From Anaerohalosphaeraceae bacterium (GTDB taxonomy: Bacteria > Planctomycetota > Phycisphaerae > Sedimentisphaerales > Anaerohalosphaeraceae): a stretch of DNA of 64,000 nucleotides. Shown piece after piece: positions 10,647-20,248 of the stretch. Below the pieces are notes generated by a model that worked only from the letters and a program-made list of their open reading frames with translations, was not told where the DNA came from and searched no databases. How positions within the stretch are numbered: the first letter of the stretch is position 1; every line of letters starts with the position of its first letter. Location of the stretch: contig CAXXSL010000016.1 in assembly GCA_963675525.2 (NCBI GenBank), forward strand, positions 352,001 through 416,000. Direction: 5' to 3'. Both the position numbers and the translations under genes were made by a program.

Positions 10647-11066
10647 ATGGATAAAATTGAACGTGTGGGTGTATCGCTGGACAAGGAACTGCTGGCCGAC
10701 TTTGATGAGCTGATCAGCGGGCAGGGCTATACAAATCGTTCCGAAGCGATTCGTGACCTGATTCGGGAAAGCCTGTCGAAAAAGCAGTTAGCCAATCCAT
10801 CGGCTTCGTCTGTCGCAGGCGTATTTTTAGTGTATGACCATCATTCCACAAAGTTATCCGACAAACTCGTCAAGCTTCAACACAACCACCTGCTGCACGT
10901 CATTGCTTCAACCCATGTGCATCTGGACCACCATAATTGCCTGGAGGTGATTATCCTGAAAGGCAAGGTCGGAGATATTGAAAAATTAGCCAATCACATC
11001 GCCGCATTGAAAGGCGTAAAACTCAGCCGCGTAAACCTAATGGCCGCAGGAAACGAGTCAACCTAA
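10647..11066 (+). CDS. nikR: Nickel-responsive transcriptional regulator NikR
   Basis: RHH N-terminus RVGVSL..ELL..FD...GYTNRSEAIRDLIR; YDHH and HVHLDHHNCLEV nickel ligands. Confidence 0.95.
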   Translation: MDKIERVGVSLDKELLADFDELISGQGYTNRSEAIRDLIRESLSKKQLANPSASSVAGVFLVYDHHSTKLSDKLVKLQHNHLLHVIASTHVHLDHHNCLEVIILKGKVGDIEKLANHIAALKGVKLSRVNLMAAGNEST

Positions 11067-11182
11067 ACCCTGATCGTTGAATTGAATAATGCCAACCCTT
11101 GCTCACCACAGGCGATCGCAATTAAGAGCAAATGAAAACTCCTAGAACCTTTATTTGCCCTTTCCGGAAAACCGTTTCGCGA

Positions 11183-12070
11183 TTACTTGACCGAATCATC
11201 AGGCTCCAGTCCCAGCTTTTTGTATAATTCGCGTCGACCGGCCTTGTCGCCTTCGATAGTCGCTTTGGCGTAGGCGGCCACTTCTTTTGCTTTTGCTCGC
11301 GGCACCACGATTACGCCGTCTCCGTCGGCGACAATGACATCACCCGGTTCGACAAGAGCGCCGCCGCAGACGATCGGGCGATTGACGGACTCGATTTCAT
11401 TCCGGCCAGGCCGAATGCCGCGACCGGGTTTTCTGAAATACAGCGGAATTTTTTCCGTGATAATCTCATCGGTATCGCGGGCGGTGGAATTGGTGACGAC
11501 GCCGACACATCCGGCCAGTTTCCAGGCCATAATATTATTTGAACCAATGCTGCCGACATCCGAATCCGGGGCGTCGTCAATCATCAACGCGGTACCTTTG
11601 CGAATCAGAGGCATAAACGGCTCGCTGGAGATTTCGGTGTACCACTTGCTGACCCATTGATCGAAGGCCTCGGCATCCATGGCCGGGGCGGGCGGCTTGT
11701 TGGTCGGGACGTAACGCACCGTCAGGGCAATCCCGATGAAGCGGTGGGTGTATTTTTCTGTATCTTTCCAGAGAGCGTGAATCTCCGGCGACATTAGTCC
11801 GATGTTTTTCAGTCCTGCCTTGTCCATGCCGTCGGCCACATCGGCAACGCGCAAGCCCTCAAAAAGCTTAAGGGTCTTTGCGTCATCTTCGACACTATAG
11901 ACTTTTGTCACGATGTAGTTTTTTCCTTTACGCACCGCCTCGACATCGGGGGTTTGTTCTTCGGCCATCGCAGCGTTCGGGCCGGACGGGAGAATTGCGA
12001 TAAACAGACTCAGCAGACAGAGTAAAGGCAACAGAGACACGGTTCGTTTGATTGGTTTTCGGGTTTGCAT
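11183..12070 (-). CDS. RraA/HMG-aldolase-like protein with signal peptide
   Basis: VADVADGMD, ARDTDEI, VEPGDVIVADGDGVIVVP motifs; N-terminal signal sequence. Confidence 0.8.
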   Translation of the reverse strand: MQTRKPIKRTVSLLPLLCLLSLFIAILPSGPNAAMAEEQTPDVEAVRKGKNYIVTKVYSVEDDAKTLKLFEGLRVADVADGMDKAGLKNIGLMSPEIHALWKDTEKYTHRFIGIALTVRYVPTNKPPAPAMDAEAFDQWVSKWYTEISSEPFMPLIRKGTALMIDDAPDSDVGSIGSNNIMAWKLAGCVGVVTNSTARDTDEIITEKIPLYFRKPGRGIRPGRNEIESVNRPIVCGGALVEPGDVIVADGDGVIVVPRAKAKEVAAYAKATIEGDKAGRRELYKKLGLEPDDSVK

Positions 12071-12108
12071 TGTTTCACTCCTAAACTATTAAGACGGTCA
12101 TCATGACC

Positions 12109-12825
12109 TTATCGATTGTTTGTTCGATCTAAAAGGAAATTCCGGTATACCTGGTAGTGTTCTGTTTCTTCATATTCGATAGTGCGGACTGATGCATGAT
12201 CAAAACTATAGATCTTAGCCCTTTCACAGGCCAATAGAATGGGAGAATGCGTTGCTATGATAAATTGCGCATGTCCTGCCTGAGTATTCTTTCCAATAAT
12301 ATCAAGCAGTTCCAATTGGCTTCGCGGGGACAGTGCTGTCTCTGGTTCATCAAGAAAATAGAGTCCCTTTATCTTGTAGCGGCTGCGAAAATAAGACATC
12401 ATGGATTGACCATGGGATTGGGTCACCAGGGATTTACCGCCAAAGTACTTCAGTTGCCCCGGGTCTGACGCGGCCCATCCATCCAGTATGTTTGCGAAGT
12501 CCTTGAATATTTCTGACCCAAAATAGGCTCCCGGCACTTTCCCGTTTGACCATTCCAGAGATAAATAATATTGTAACAGTTTTTCATATCGGTTGACTTG
12601 ATAGCGCGTGCCCTCAGGTTTTGTCCAGATGTGAACACCGCCGGCCAGTGCAATGGCTTCCAGTAACGTCGATTTTCCCGCACCGTTTTCCCCGACGAAC
12701 AGGGTCACAGGCGCATCAAATTCTAAATGCCTTGTTTGATTGAAAATCGGCAGGTTGAAGGGGTAGTGATCGTCTGTAGGATATTTTTCGTGTAACAATG
12801 TTACACTTTTTATATGATTAGTCAT
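12109..12825 (-). CDS. Stand-alone ABC/AAA-type ATPase
   Basis: GENGAGKST Walker A, SHGQS signature, FLDEPETALSP, IATHSP. Confidence 0.85.
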   Translation of the reverse strand: MTNHIKSVTLLHEKYPTDDHYPFNLPIFNQTRHLEFDAPVTLFVGENGAGKSTLLEAIALAGGVHIWTKPEGTRYQVNRYEKLLQYYLSLEWSNGKVPGAYFGSEIFKDFANILDGWAASDPGQLKYFGGKSLVTQSHGQSMMSYFRSRYKIKGLYFLDEPETALSPRSQLELLDIIGKNTQAGHAQFIIATHSPILLACERAKIYSFDHASVRTIEYEETEHYQVYRNFLLDRTNNR

Positions 12826-13140
12826 TGTATGTCCTTGATACGCTCCAACTGGCCCCAATCTCTAAACGAATTTTGATACAAATCTGTTGCAGCACCCTAA
12901 TTGGTGAAAACATCGAAAAGGGGACCACTTGAATAATAAATAATAGCGTCTACGATGACGCTGTCAACACAAAACCTCATAGCAGCACCCTCTTTTTGTG
13001 AAGTTATAAATACCTGTCTTTACAACCTAAGCCAGTGATAACAAAGATTTAGTATCTCTCATTTCCCTACGATTAAAACACGATTTTGTATTGTTTTGAT
13101 ACCCATTTCAAGGACAGTTTTGGGGGTTGCATGAACATCG

Positions 13141-13169
13141 TTGACTTTTATTCGTAAAACAGGTAAAAT
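13141..13169 (+). promoter_or_regulatory. Sigma70-like promoter of the czc operon
   Basis: TTGACT-17 bp-TAAAAT, 8 bp before the ATG at 13178. Confidence 0.5.
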
Positions 13170-13177
13170 CGATAATT

Positions 13178-13594
13178 ATGCTAAAACAACAAGCGACAAT
13201 ATTGCTTATAGTGCTAATTTGTATTGGCTATGTAAGCAGCTTTTTTACAGTAATATGCCATGGTTCCGATGGTCATATTGCGGTGGAGGCTGTCGTTCAT
13301 AATCATTGTGAGTGTCCAGAAACAAGTGAAATCGAGATCTATAATGGTTTTATGGGGCATGTAATTGGTTTGGCGACGGATGAGAGCCATTGCAAGGATA
13401 CTCCAGCTACTTCAAATTTAATCTTTTCGATACAAAAAAATGTGAAATCTTCGATATATAAAACTTTTGCGACAAGAAATTTCCTGAAATTAATTTCGAC
13501 TCAAACCACATCCTCTTTAGGATACTTGGCTGCACGGAGCTACGAATTCGCTCCATTCTTTGTACATTTACGAACAGTCATTCTTCTGGCGTGA
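13178..13594 (+). CDS. Small Cys/His-containing membrane-anchored protein heading the czc operon
   Basis: N-terminal TM, ICHGSDGHIAVE, HNHCEC, HCKD, C-terminal HLRTVILL. Confidence 0.65.
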   Translation: MLKQQATILLIVLICIGYVSSFFTVICHGSDGHIAVEAVVHNHCECPETSEIEIYNGFMGHVIGLATDESHCKDTPATSNLIFSIQKNVKSSIYKTFATRNFLKLISTQTTSSLGYLAARSYEFAPFFVHLRTVILLA

Positions 13595-13693
13595 TATTCC
13601 TTTACGCTGTTCTTGCCTGATCACCCAAATATTATCGCTGGGATGGTCTAACCATTTTGCGGAATATGATGTGTCAATTGTCTATTCAGAGGA

Positions 13694-15079
13694 ATGTCAT
13701 TTATGAAGATCCGAACGTTTATTTTTTCCTTGCTTGCCTTACTATTCATCGGGTGTGCTCAACAACACACTTCGGGAATAAGCAAAAAAACGAACCATGA
13801 CACCGGCCAAAGCCATACGGCATCTGTTTCTCAGATGAGTAAACATCCTGTGGAAGAAATAGTGAGCGTGGCCGAGCCTAATGATGTCTTGTCACTCAGG
13901 CAGGTGCTGGCGTTAACAGTGATGCATAATCCGGAATTAAAGGTTTTTTCGCTGGAAACCAGAGCCGCCCAGGCACGGGAATTACAAGCTGGTTTATGGC
14001 CGAATCCGGAAATAGACGTTGAGGCGGAAAATGTCGGGGGTACGGGAGAACTCAGCGGCTTTGATGGAACTGAAACCACGATTCAATTAAGCCAGTTGAT
14101 CGAGTTGGGGAACAAGTCCCAGAAAAGAAGAAAAGTGGCTTCGTTTGAAAAAGAATTGGCGGGGTTTGACTATCAAAATAAACGGCTGGAAGTCTTTAGT
14201 GAGGCAGCAAAATCGTTTATTTCGGTTTTGAAAGCACAGGAAAAACTTCAGTTGTCCAACGAGTTATTAACGCTCTCCGAAGAATCGTTCGAAACGGTGA
14301 CGAAAAGAGTTAATGCAGGAAAGGATTCTCCGGTCGAAAAAACAAGGGCATCTGTTGTTCTGTCAAATATAAAAATATCAAACCGCCAAGCGAAGCGAGA
14401 TTTAGAATATGCCAGTAAACAGTTGGCCTCTTTCTGGGACCAAGATAAGCCGCAATTTAAGGAGGCAACCGGAAATTTATACAGCATTGAGCCATTGCCG
14501 GCATTAGAAGATTTGACAACCCAATTAAAACAGAATCCTGAATATGCCCGGTGGAAAACTGAGATCAAGAAAAGTCGAGCCGTGCTGGATCTGGAAGAAT
14601 CCAGGGCTATCGGGGATATTACCATTGGTGCGGGTCTTAAACGATTTAACGAAACCGATGACAATGCTTTTGTATTCGGCGTTTCTATTCCGTTGCCCGT
14701 TTCTGACAGAAATCAGGGAGCCAAACAGGAGGCTGTTTATAATTTAGCCAAATCGCACCAGGAGCAAAAAACGGCATGGCTAAAACTGCAGAATGAATTT
14801 AATCAAACGTATCAGGAATTTAGAAACTCATTCGACCAGGCAACCTCGCTAAAAAATGAGGTGCTTCCTGCTGCCATTGAAATGTTCAACGCCGCCACAA
14901 GAGCATACCAGGAAGGAAAAGTGGATTATTTAAATGTGCTGGACGCTCAACGCACACTCTTTGATATCAAGAATGAATATATTGAAAGTCTGGCTAATTA
15001 TCATGCCGCCAAGACTGGTATTGAGCGTTTTATAGCCGGGGAAATCGAAACTGTCAACCTTTCAGAAAGTGAGCAATGA
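13694..15079 (+). CDS. czcC: CzcC-like TolC family outer membrane efflux lipoprotein
   Basis: Lipobox FIGC, QAGLWPNP, SQLIELG.K, YQEGK..YL.VLDAQR. Confidence 0.9.
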   Translation: MSFMKIRTFIFSLLALLFIGCAQQHTSGISKKTNHDTGQSHTASVSQMSKHPVEEIVSVAEPNDVLSLRQVLALTVMHNPELKVFSLETRAAQARELQAGLWPNPEIDVEAENVGGTGELSGFDGTETTIQLSQLIELGNKSQKRRKVASFEKELAGFDYQNKRLEVFSEAAKSFISVLKAQEKLQLSNELLTLSEESFETVTKRVNAGKDSPVEKTRASVVLSNIKISNRQAKRDLEYASKQLASFWDQDKPQFKEATGNLYSIEPLPALEDLTTQLKQNPEYARWKTEIKKSRAVLDLEESRAIGDITIGAGLKRFNETDDNAFVFGVSIPLPVSDRNQGAKQEAVYNLAKSHQEQKTAWLKLQNEFNQTYQEFRNSFDQATSLKNEVLPAAIEMFNAATRAYQEGKVDYLNVLDAQRTLFDIKNEYIESLANYHAAKTGIERFIAGEIETVNLSESEQ

Positions 15080-16667
15080 TATGAAATCCAAAATACGTAT
15101 TGTAATAATAGTGGTTCTTGCTGTTTGCCTTTTGGGCTATATGGCGGTGCGAGAGACACACCCTGACGACCATGATGGTGACCATGTCGAGCACACTGAA
15201 ATGTCTTATGGTCCTGATGTACACGAAGATGAAGAACAGGCCATTGAATTAACGGCTGAAGAAATTCAGGAAATCGGATTGAAAACGGCCGTAGCAGGCA
15301 GCGGGGCTATCGATGTTCACATGAGCCTGGCGGGTGAAATCAGCGTTAACCAGGATCGCATGGCACACGTTGTTCCCCCTGCCGACGGAATCGTCCGGCA
15401 GGTCTTTAAGAATCTGGGTGATCACGTTAAGGCAGGCGAGGTAATCGCATGGCTGGAAAGTTCAGACCTGGGAAAAGCGAAAATGGATTACCTTGGAACA
15501 TGGGCAGAAATGACATGCTGCGCTCTCGATTTAACACGCGCACAGCAAATTCATGACAACACGATCAAGCTTCTGGATATTCTGGCTGATTTGCCATCCA
15601 TGGAGATGCTGCAGGATGTCAGCGGTCTCGAGATCGGAGATAATCTCAGCAAGCTCATTTCGACGTACGCAGAGTATTCATTTACCAAAGCCGCTTACCA
15701 GAGGGAAAAGTCCCTGTTCGAAGAAAAGGTCTCGAGTAAAGCTGACTTTCTAAAGACTCAGAACTCTTACAAGAAAGCGCAGGCCCAGTACAAAGCGACA
15801 CGTGACAGTGTTTCGTTTGAAGTTAAGCGTGATCTTCTTGAAGCCAATAGATCTCGTCAGCTTCAGTCGATGGAGTTAAAGAACGCTGAACGCCAACTGA
15901 AAATAATGGGGCTTTCGGATGACAACATAAAAGAGCTTGAATTGTTGGCGACAAAACAGATTGCTGCTGCAACTCAGGAGTCTGACTGTGATGATCCTGA
16001 CTGTACTGAATGCGCACGTGAAAAAGAGGCTGTAAATAAAACGATTGCTGTTATGAAAGACGCCGAGGAAAAACTTGCCTGGTATCCTTTAACGGTATCT
16101 TTTGACGGTATAATTATTGAAAAACATCTCGTGCTTGGTGAGTTGGTTGATACGGAATCAGCCGTTTATGTTGTCGCGGATTTAAGTTCGGTATGGGTGG
16201 ACCTGCACGTTTATCCTAAAGACCTCAAGTATATTAAAAAAGGCCAACAAGTAATGATCTCCGCTGATTCTGAAATGCCGGACATCGGCGGTATCATTAG
16301 TTATGTCGGTCCTGTTTTGGGGTCAGCATCCAGAACCGCTTTAGCCCGGGTCGTGCTTGCGAATGGATCAGGCGTTTTCAGGCCGGGGCTTTTTGTGACA
16401 GCCAAAGTATTTGCTTCAAAAACACAAGCAAAGGTTGTTGTTCTGAAAGATGCAATCCAGTCACTTGAAGGACGGAAATGCGTGTTTATTAAAGATGAGC
16501 ATGGTTTTGAACCGGCGTTAGTTGAAATTGGACTTGAGAATGAAAGCCACGTGGAGATTCTTTCAGGTTTGGCGGCCGGACAGGAATATGTGACAACAGG
16601 GGCATTTACGTTGAAGTCTAAAATAGTCACCTCAACACTCGACAGTCACGCCGGCCATGGCCATTAA
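15069..16667 (+). CDS. czcB: CzcB-like RND periplasmic adaptor, unusually long
   Basis: His/acidic N-region, VADLSSVWV, SRTALARV, RPGLFV, C-terminal HAGHGH. Confidence 0.88.
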   Translation: MSNDMKSKIRIVIIVVLAVCLLGYMAVRETHPDDHDGDHVEHTEMSYGPDVHEDEEQAIELTAEEIQEIGLKTAVAGSGAIDVHMSLAGEISVNQDRMAHVVPPADGIVRQVFKNLGDHVKAGEVIAWLESSDLGKAKMDYLGTWAEMTCCALDLTRAQQIHDNTIKLLDILADLPSMEMLQDVSGLEIGDNLSKLISTYAEYSFTKAAYQREKSLFEEKVSSKADFLKTQNSYKKAQAQYKATRDSVSFEVKRDLLEANRSRQLQSMELKNAERQLKIMGLSDDNIKELELLATKQIAAATQESDCDDPDCTECAREKEAVNKTIAVMKDAEEKLAWYPLTVSFDGIIIEKHLVLGELVDTESAVYVVADLSSVWVDLHVYPKDLKYIKKGQQVMISADSEMPDIGGIISYVGPVLGSASRTALARVVLANGSGVFRPGLFVTAKVFASKTQAKVVVLKDAIQSLEGRKCVFIKDEHGFEPALVEIGLENESHVEILSGLAAGQEYVTTGAFTLKSKIVTSTLDSHAGHGH

Positions 16668-16681
16668 AAGGAGTCAGACTT

Positions 16682-19600
16682 ATGCATCATAAAATAGTTC
16701 ATATATCATTACATTATCGTTTTTTTGTCATATTGGGAATTCTGGGGATTACCGCCTTAGGTATCTATCAATATAACCAATTGCCGGTCGATGCGTTTCC
16801 GGATATTTCGCCCACCATGGTGCCGGTCTTTGCTGAGGCACATGGGATGGCCCCAGAAGAAGTGGAGCGATTAATAACCTTTCCCATCGAATCGGCCATG
16901 AACGGTCTTCCCGGAGTTCGGCAGATAAAGTCCACGTCGGCATTTGGAATGGCGGTCATCTATGTGTATTTCGAGGATGATATTGATATCTATTTTGCAC
17001 GACAAATTGTATCGGAAAGACTTAACGAGGCGCTTTCGCAACTGCCTGAAATGCACGAACCACCGACATTAGGGCCTATATCCACGGGCTTAGGACAAAT
17101 TTTCATCTATTACCTGGCCATGGACGACGATGCCGATACACAAGGGAAAGACCCGGCAACGTACCTTCGTGAAATCAATGACTGGGTTGTCAAATACCAA
17201 CTGCAAGCCGTACCCGGCGTGACGGATATTCTTTCAATTGGTGGACATGTACTGCAGTATCAGATACGTGTAAATCCTCATTTGCTGAATAAATACGAGA
17301 TCGGCCTTCAGGATATCGTTACCGCCGTGACAGAAAACAATGCCAATGCCGGCGGTCAGTTTATGGTGCTCGGCAGTGAGGAATATCTTGTACGAGGGAT
17401 CGGTCTGCTGGAAGACCTTGAAGGAATACGGGATATTCATGTAAAAGTAGCAGGAGGCGCCCCCATTAAAATCAGAGACATTGCTGACGTCGAATACGGC
17501 AAAGAGATCCGCCGTGGCGTCGTTTCTCGAAATGGGAACCAGGAGGTTGTTTCTGGCATAGTCATGAAACTATTCGGAACAAATACATCAAAAGCAATCG
17601 AACGATTATATGAAAAAATCCCTGAGTTGCAGAGAGCCATTCCAAAAGGAATCCATCTTGTACCATACTATGAACAGGCGGAACTCGTCGAACAAGCAAC
17701 CTGGACGGTGAAAAAAGCACTGCTGCAAGGAGCATTTTTAGTCGTTGTTGTTTTATTTATATTCCTTGGAAATCTCAGATCTGCATTTATCGTATCACTT
17801 GCTTTGCCTTTGTGTGCCTTTATTTCAATTATCCTGATGCGGCTGACCGGAATCTCTGCAAACCTGATGTCACTGGGCGGTATTGCGATTGGGATTGGGA
17901 TGCTGGGTGACGGGGCGATCGTGATGGTCGAAAATATATTCCGTCATCTCAATACAAACGCAGGCGACACTCTCGCCCAAAAAACGGACATCATTTATGA
18001 AGCCGCAAAGGAGGTCGCCAAGCCAATCATCTTTTCCATACTGATTATCATTACTGTGTTTCTTCCCATCTTCAGTCTTGAGAATGTTGAAGGTAAGATG
18101 TTCTCTCCAATGGCGGTTACACTGTGCTTTGCAATGTTCGGCTCTTTAATGATAGCGATTATAGCGGCTCCTGCTTTATGCACCTACCTGTTGAAATCGA
18201 AAGTCCACAAAGAATTTGCCTTGGTCACCTATTTGAAAAACAGCTACCGGCCTTTATTGATCCGGGCAATCGATCATCCAAAACGAGTTCTGCTTATTGT
18301 GCTTATCACATTTGCATTGAGTCTTATCGCCGTGCCTTTTCTGGGTACGGAATTTATACCCACGCTGGAAGAAGGTTCGATTCTGATCGGTGTCACCATG
18401 GCACCTTCCACCTCTCTCGAAAAAGGAACAGAGATCATTCAATCGCTGGAAAAAAAGATTATTAAATTCCAAGAGGTCGAGGAGGTCATCTCGCGTATCG
18501 GTCGTCCTGAGGCCGGCAGCCATCCTCATCCGGTAAACTATGCTGAGGTTCATATTGAGCTGAAGCAACGGAAAGATTGGGAGAATTATAAAAACAAAAC
18601 ACAACTTGTCAAAGCCCTCAATGAATCGTTGTCCTCATACCCCGGCATCCAGTTGAATTTTACTCAACCGATCCAAAATGCATTTGACGAACTTCTGTCC
18701 GGCATAAAAGCACAGGTGGCCGTCAAACTCTTCGGTGAAGATTTAAATGTTTTAAGAGAGACCTCCAATGAGATCCGAAATACGATCGACAACATCCCCG
18801 GACTGGTTGATCTGGCGGTTGAGCAGAGTTTTGGCCAGCCGCAGATTCAAATCATGGCGGATCGGAAAGCCTGCGGGCGATACGGTGTCAATGTCAACGA
18901 AATATTAGAACTTGTAGAGCTTGCTATTGGCGGCGAAGTCATTGATAACATCTATTTGAATACCCGCCGTTTTGGCATTCATGTTCGTTATCAGGAGGCT
19001 TATCGCTCTGACCCAAAAGTCATTGAAGATCTTCTGATTCACGCTGACAATGGAAACCTGGTCCCTCTAAAGGAAATTGCCCAGGTAAGAGAAGTCCTTG
19101 GCCCTATTCAGGTAAACCGTGAACAGAACCAGCGACGATGGATTGTTCAGGGCAATGTCAGAGGCAGGGATCTCGGCAGTGTAATTGCCGATATCAAGCA
19201 GCGTATCAGCGAAAACGTTGAATTGCCGGCCGGTTACTTTATCGAATATGGCGGACAATTTGAAAATCAGCAAAGAGCCATGGCTCGTCTTTCAGTGATT
19301 GTCCCGGTTGTGTTGGTTTTGATATTTCTACTGTTATATTTAACGTTTGGATCACTGAAAGAAGCATTCCTGATTATTATGAATATCCCGCTTGCTCTGA
19401 TCGGGGGTGTTTTTGGCTTATTTATAATGAGAGAATACCTTTCCGTACCGGCCGCAGTGGGCTTTATCGCTCTGTTTGGCATTGCTGTTCAGAATGGAGT
19501 CGTTCTGGTCAGCTATATTAACCAGTTAAGACAACAAGGGATCCAAACAAAAGAAGCGGTCATTACAGGAGCCTTACAGCGATTACGTCCCGTCCTGATG

Positions 19601-19783
19601 ACCGCGACAACGACCGTGCTTGGTCTCATGCCCTTGCTCCTTTCGAAAGGAATCGGCTCAGAGGTTCAAAGGCCTTTAGCTTCTGTAGTGGTGTTCGGTT
19701 TGACATCTGCGACGATATTGACTTTGTTTGTCATACCCGCGTTCTATCCATGGTTTGCAATGAAGCTGGATAATGAGGAATAA
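16682..19783 (+). CDS. czcA: CusA/CzcA heavy-metal efflux RND permease
   Basis: LPVDAFPDI, NLMSLGGIAIGIGMLGDGAIVMVENI, GFIALFGIAVQNG, RLRPVLMTA. Confidence 0.95.
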   Translation: MHHKIVHISLHYRFFVILGILGITALGIYQYNQLPVDAFPDISPTMVPVFAEAHGMAPEEVERLITFPIESAMNGLPGVRQIKSTSAFGMAVIYVYFEDDIDIYFARQIVSERLNEALSQLPEMHEPPTLGPISTGLGQIFIYYLAMDDDADTQGKDPATYLREINDWVVKYQLQAVPGVTDILSIGGHVLQYQIRVNPHLLNKYEIGLQDIVTAVTENNANAGGQFMVLGSEEYLVRGIGLLEDLEGIRDIHVKVAGGAPIKIRDIADVEYGKEIRRGVVSRNGNQEVVSGIVMKLFGTNTSKAIERLYEKIPELQRAIPKGIHLVPYYEQAELVEQATWTVKKALLQGAFLVVVVLFIFLGNLRSAFIVSLALPLCAFISIILMRLTGISANLMSLGGIAIGIGMLGDGAIVMVENIFRHLNTNAGDTLAQKTDIIYEAAKEVAKPIIFSILIIITVFLPIFSLENVEGKMFSPMAVTLCFAMFGSLMIAIIAAPALCTYLLKSKVHKEFALVTYLKNSYRPLLIRAIDHPKRVLLIVLITFALSLIAVPFLGTEFIPTLEEGSILIGVTMAPSTSLEKGTEIIQSLEKKIIKFQEVEEVISRIGRPEAGSHPHPVNYAEVHIELKQRKDWENYKNKTQLVKALNESLSSYPGIQLNFTQPIQNAFDELLSGIKAQVAVKLFGEDLNVLRETSNEIRNTIDNIPGLVDLAVEQSFGQPQIQIMADRKACGRYGVNVNEILELVELAIGGEVIDNIYLNTRRFGIHVRYQEAYRSDPKVIEDLLIHADNGNLVPLKEIAQVREVLGPIQVNREQNQRRWIVQGNVRGRDLGSVIADIKQRISENVELPAGYFIEYGGQFENQQRAMARLSVIVPVVLVLIFLLLYLTFGSLKEAFLIIMNIPLALIGGVFGLFIMREYLSVPAAVGFIALFGIAVQNGVVLVSYINQLRQQGIQTKEAVITGALQRLRPVLMTATTTVLGLMPLLLSKGIGSEVQRPLASVVVFGLTSATILTLFVIPAFYPWFAMKLDNEE

Positions 19784-19929
19784 ATGAACATAACTTAATT
19801 TTATGGATAGCGAGATTATAAGATACAGAAAGTTCGCAATATTGATATTGCTTAGAATTTCGAGTCTCCCCCTCTGTGTCATTTTGCCCGCCATCCTGAA
19901 ATGAAGCATTTCGTTATGCGCATAAAAAA

Positions 19930-20016
19930 CGGAGAGGGGGGGATTCGAACCCCCGGTACTCTTACGAGCACACTGGTTTTCGAAACCAGCTCGATCAGCC
20001 ACTCCGACACCTCTCC
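19930..20016 (-). tRNA. tRNA-Ser(CGA)
   Basis: GGAGAGG acceptor stem, CTGGT-TT-CGA-AA-ACCAG anticodon arm, long variable arm, GGTTCGAATCC T-loop; CCA not encoded. Confidence 0.95.
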
Positions 20017-20248
20017 ATTTTATGGTTCATCCAAATCTGCCGGTCGCTTGTCCCGGCTTTTTGCGGGAATCCGGCCGAATCGACCCCCACTGGCGTTTTC
20101 ACGATTATATCGAGGGTTTGGCGTTGTACAAGTGCAAAAAAAGGGTTTTTGACAGTCGGTTACAATAAGCCCACAAATCCGGCTTTACATTTTAGGCTGA
20201 TTTCTGTAGAATCAGTCCTTTTGCAGGCGGTAACAGAGAGATTTAAAT

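Noticed and set aside
12109..12825. Anti-phage ATPase system
   Set aside because: Solitary ATPase with no partner nuclease or effector adjacent; no support for a defence role
5868..19929. Intact integrative element or prophage at tRNA-Ser
   Set aside because: No integrase, phage or conjugation genes and no direct repeat of the tRNA 3' end found
19676..20152. ORFs 19676-20002 and 19901-20152
   Set aside because: Overlap the tRNA-Ser gene; spurious
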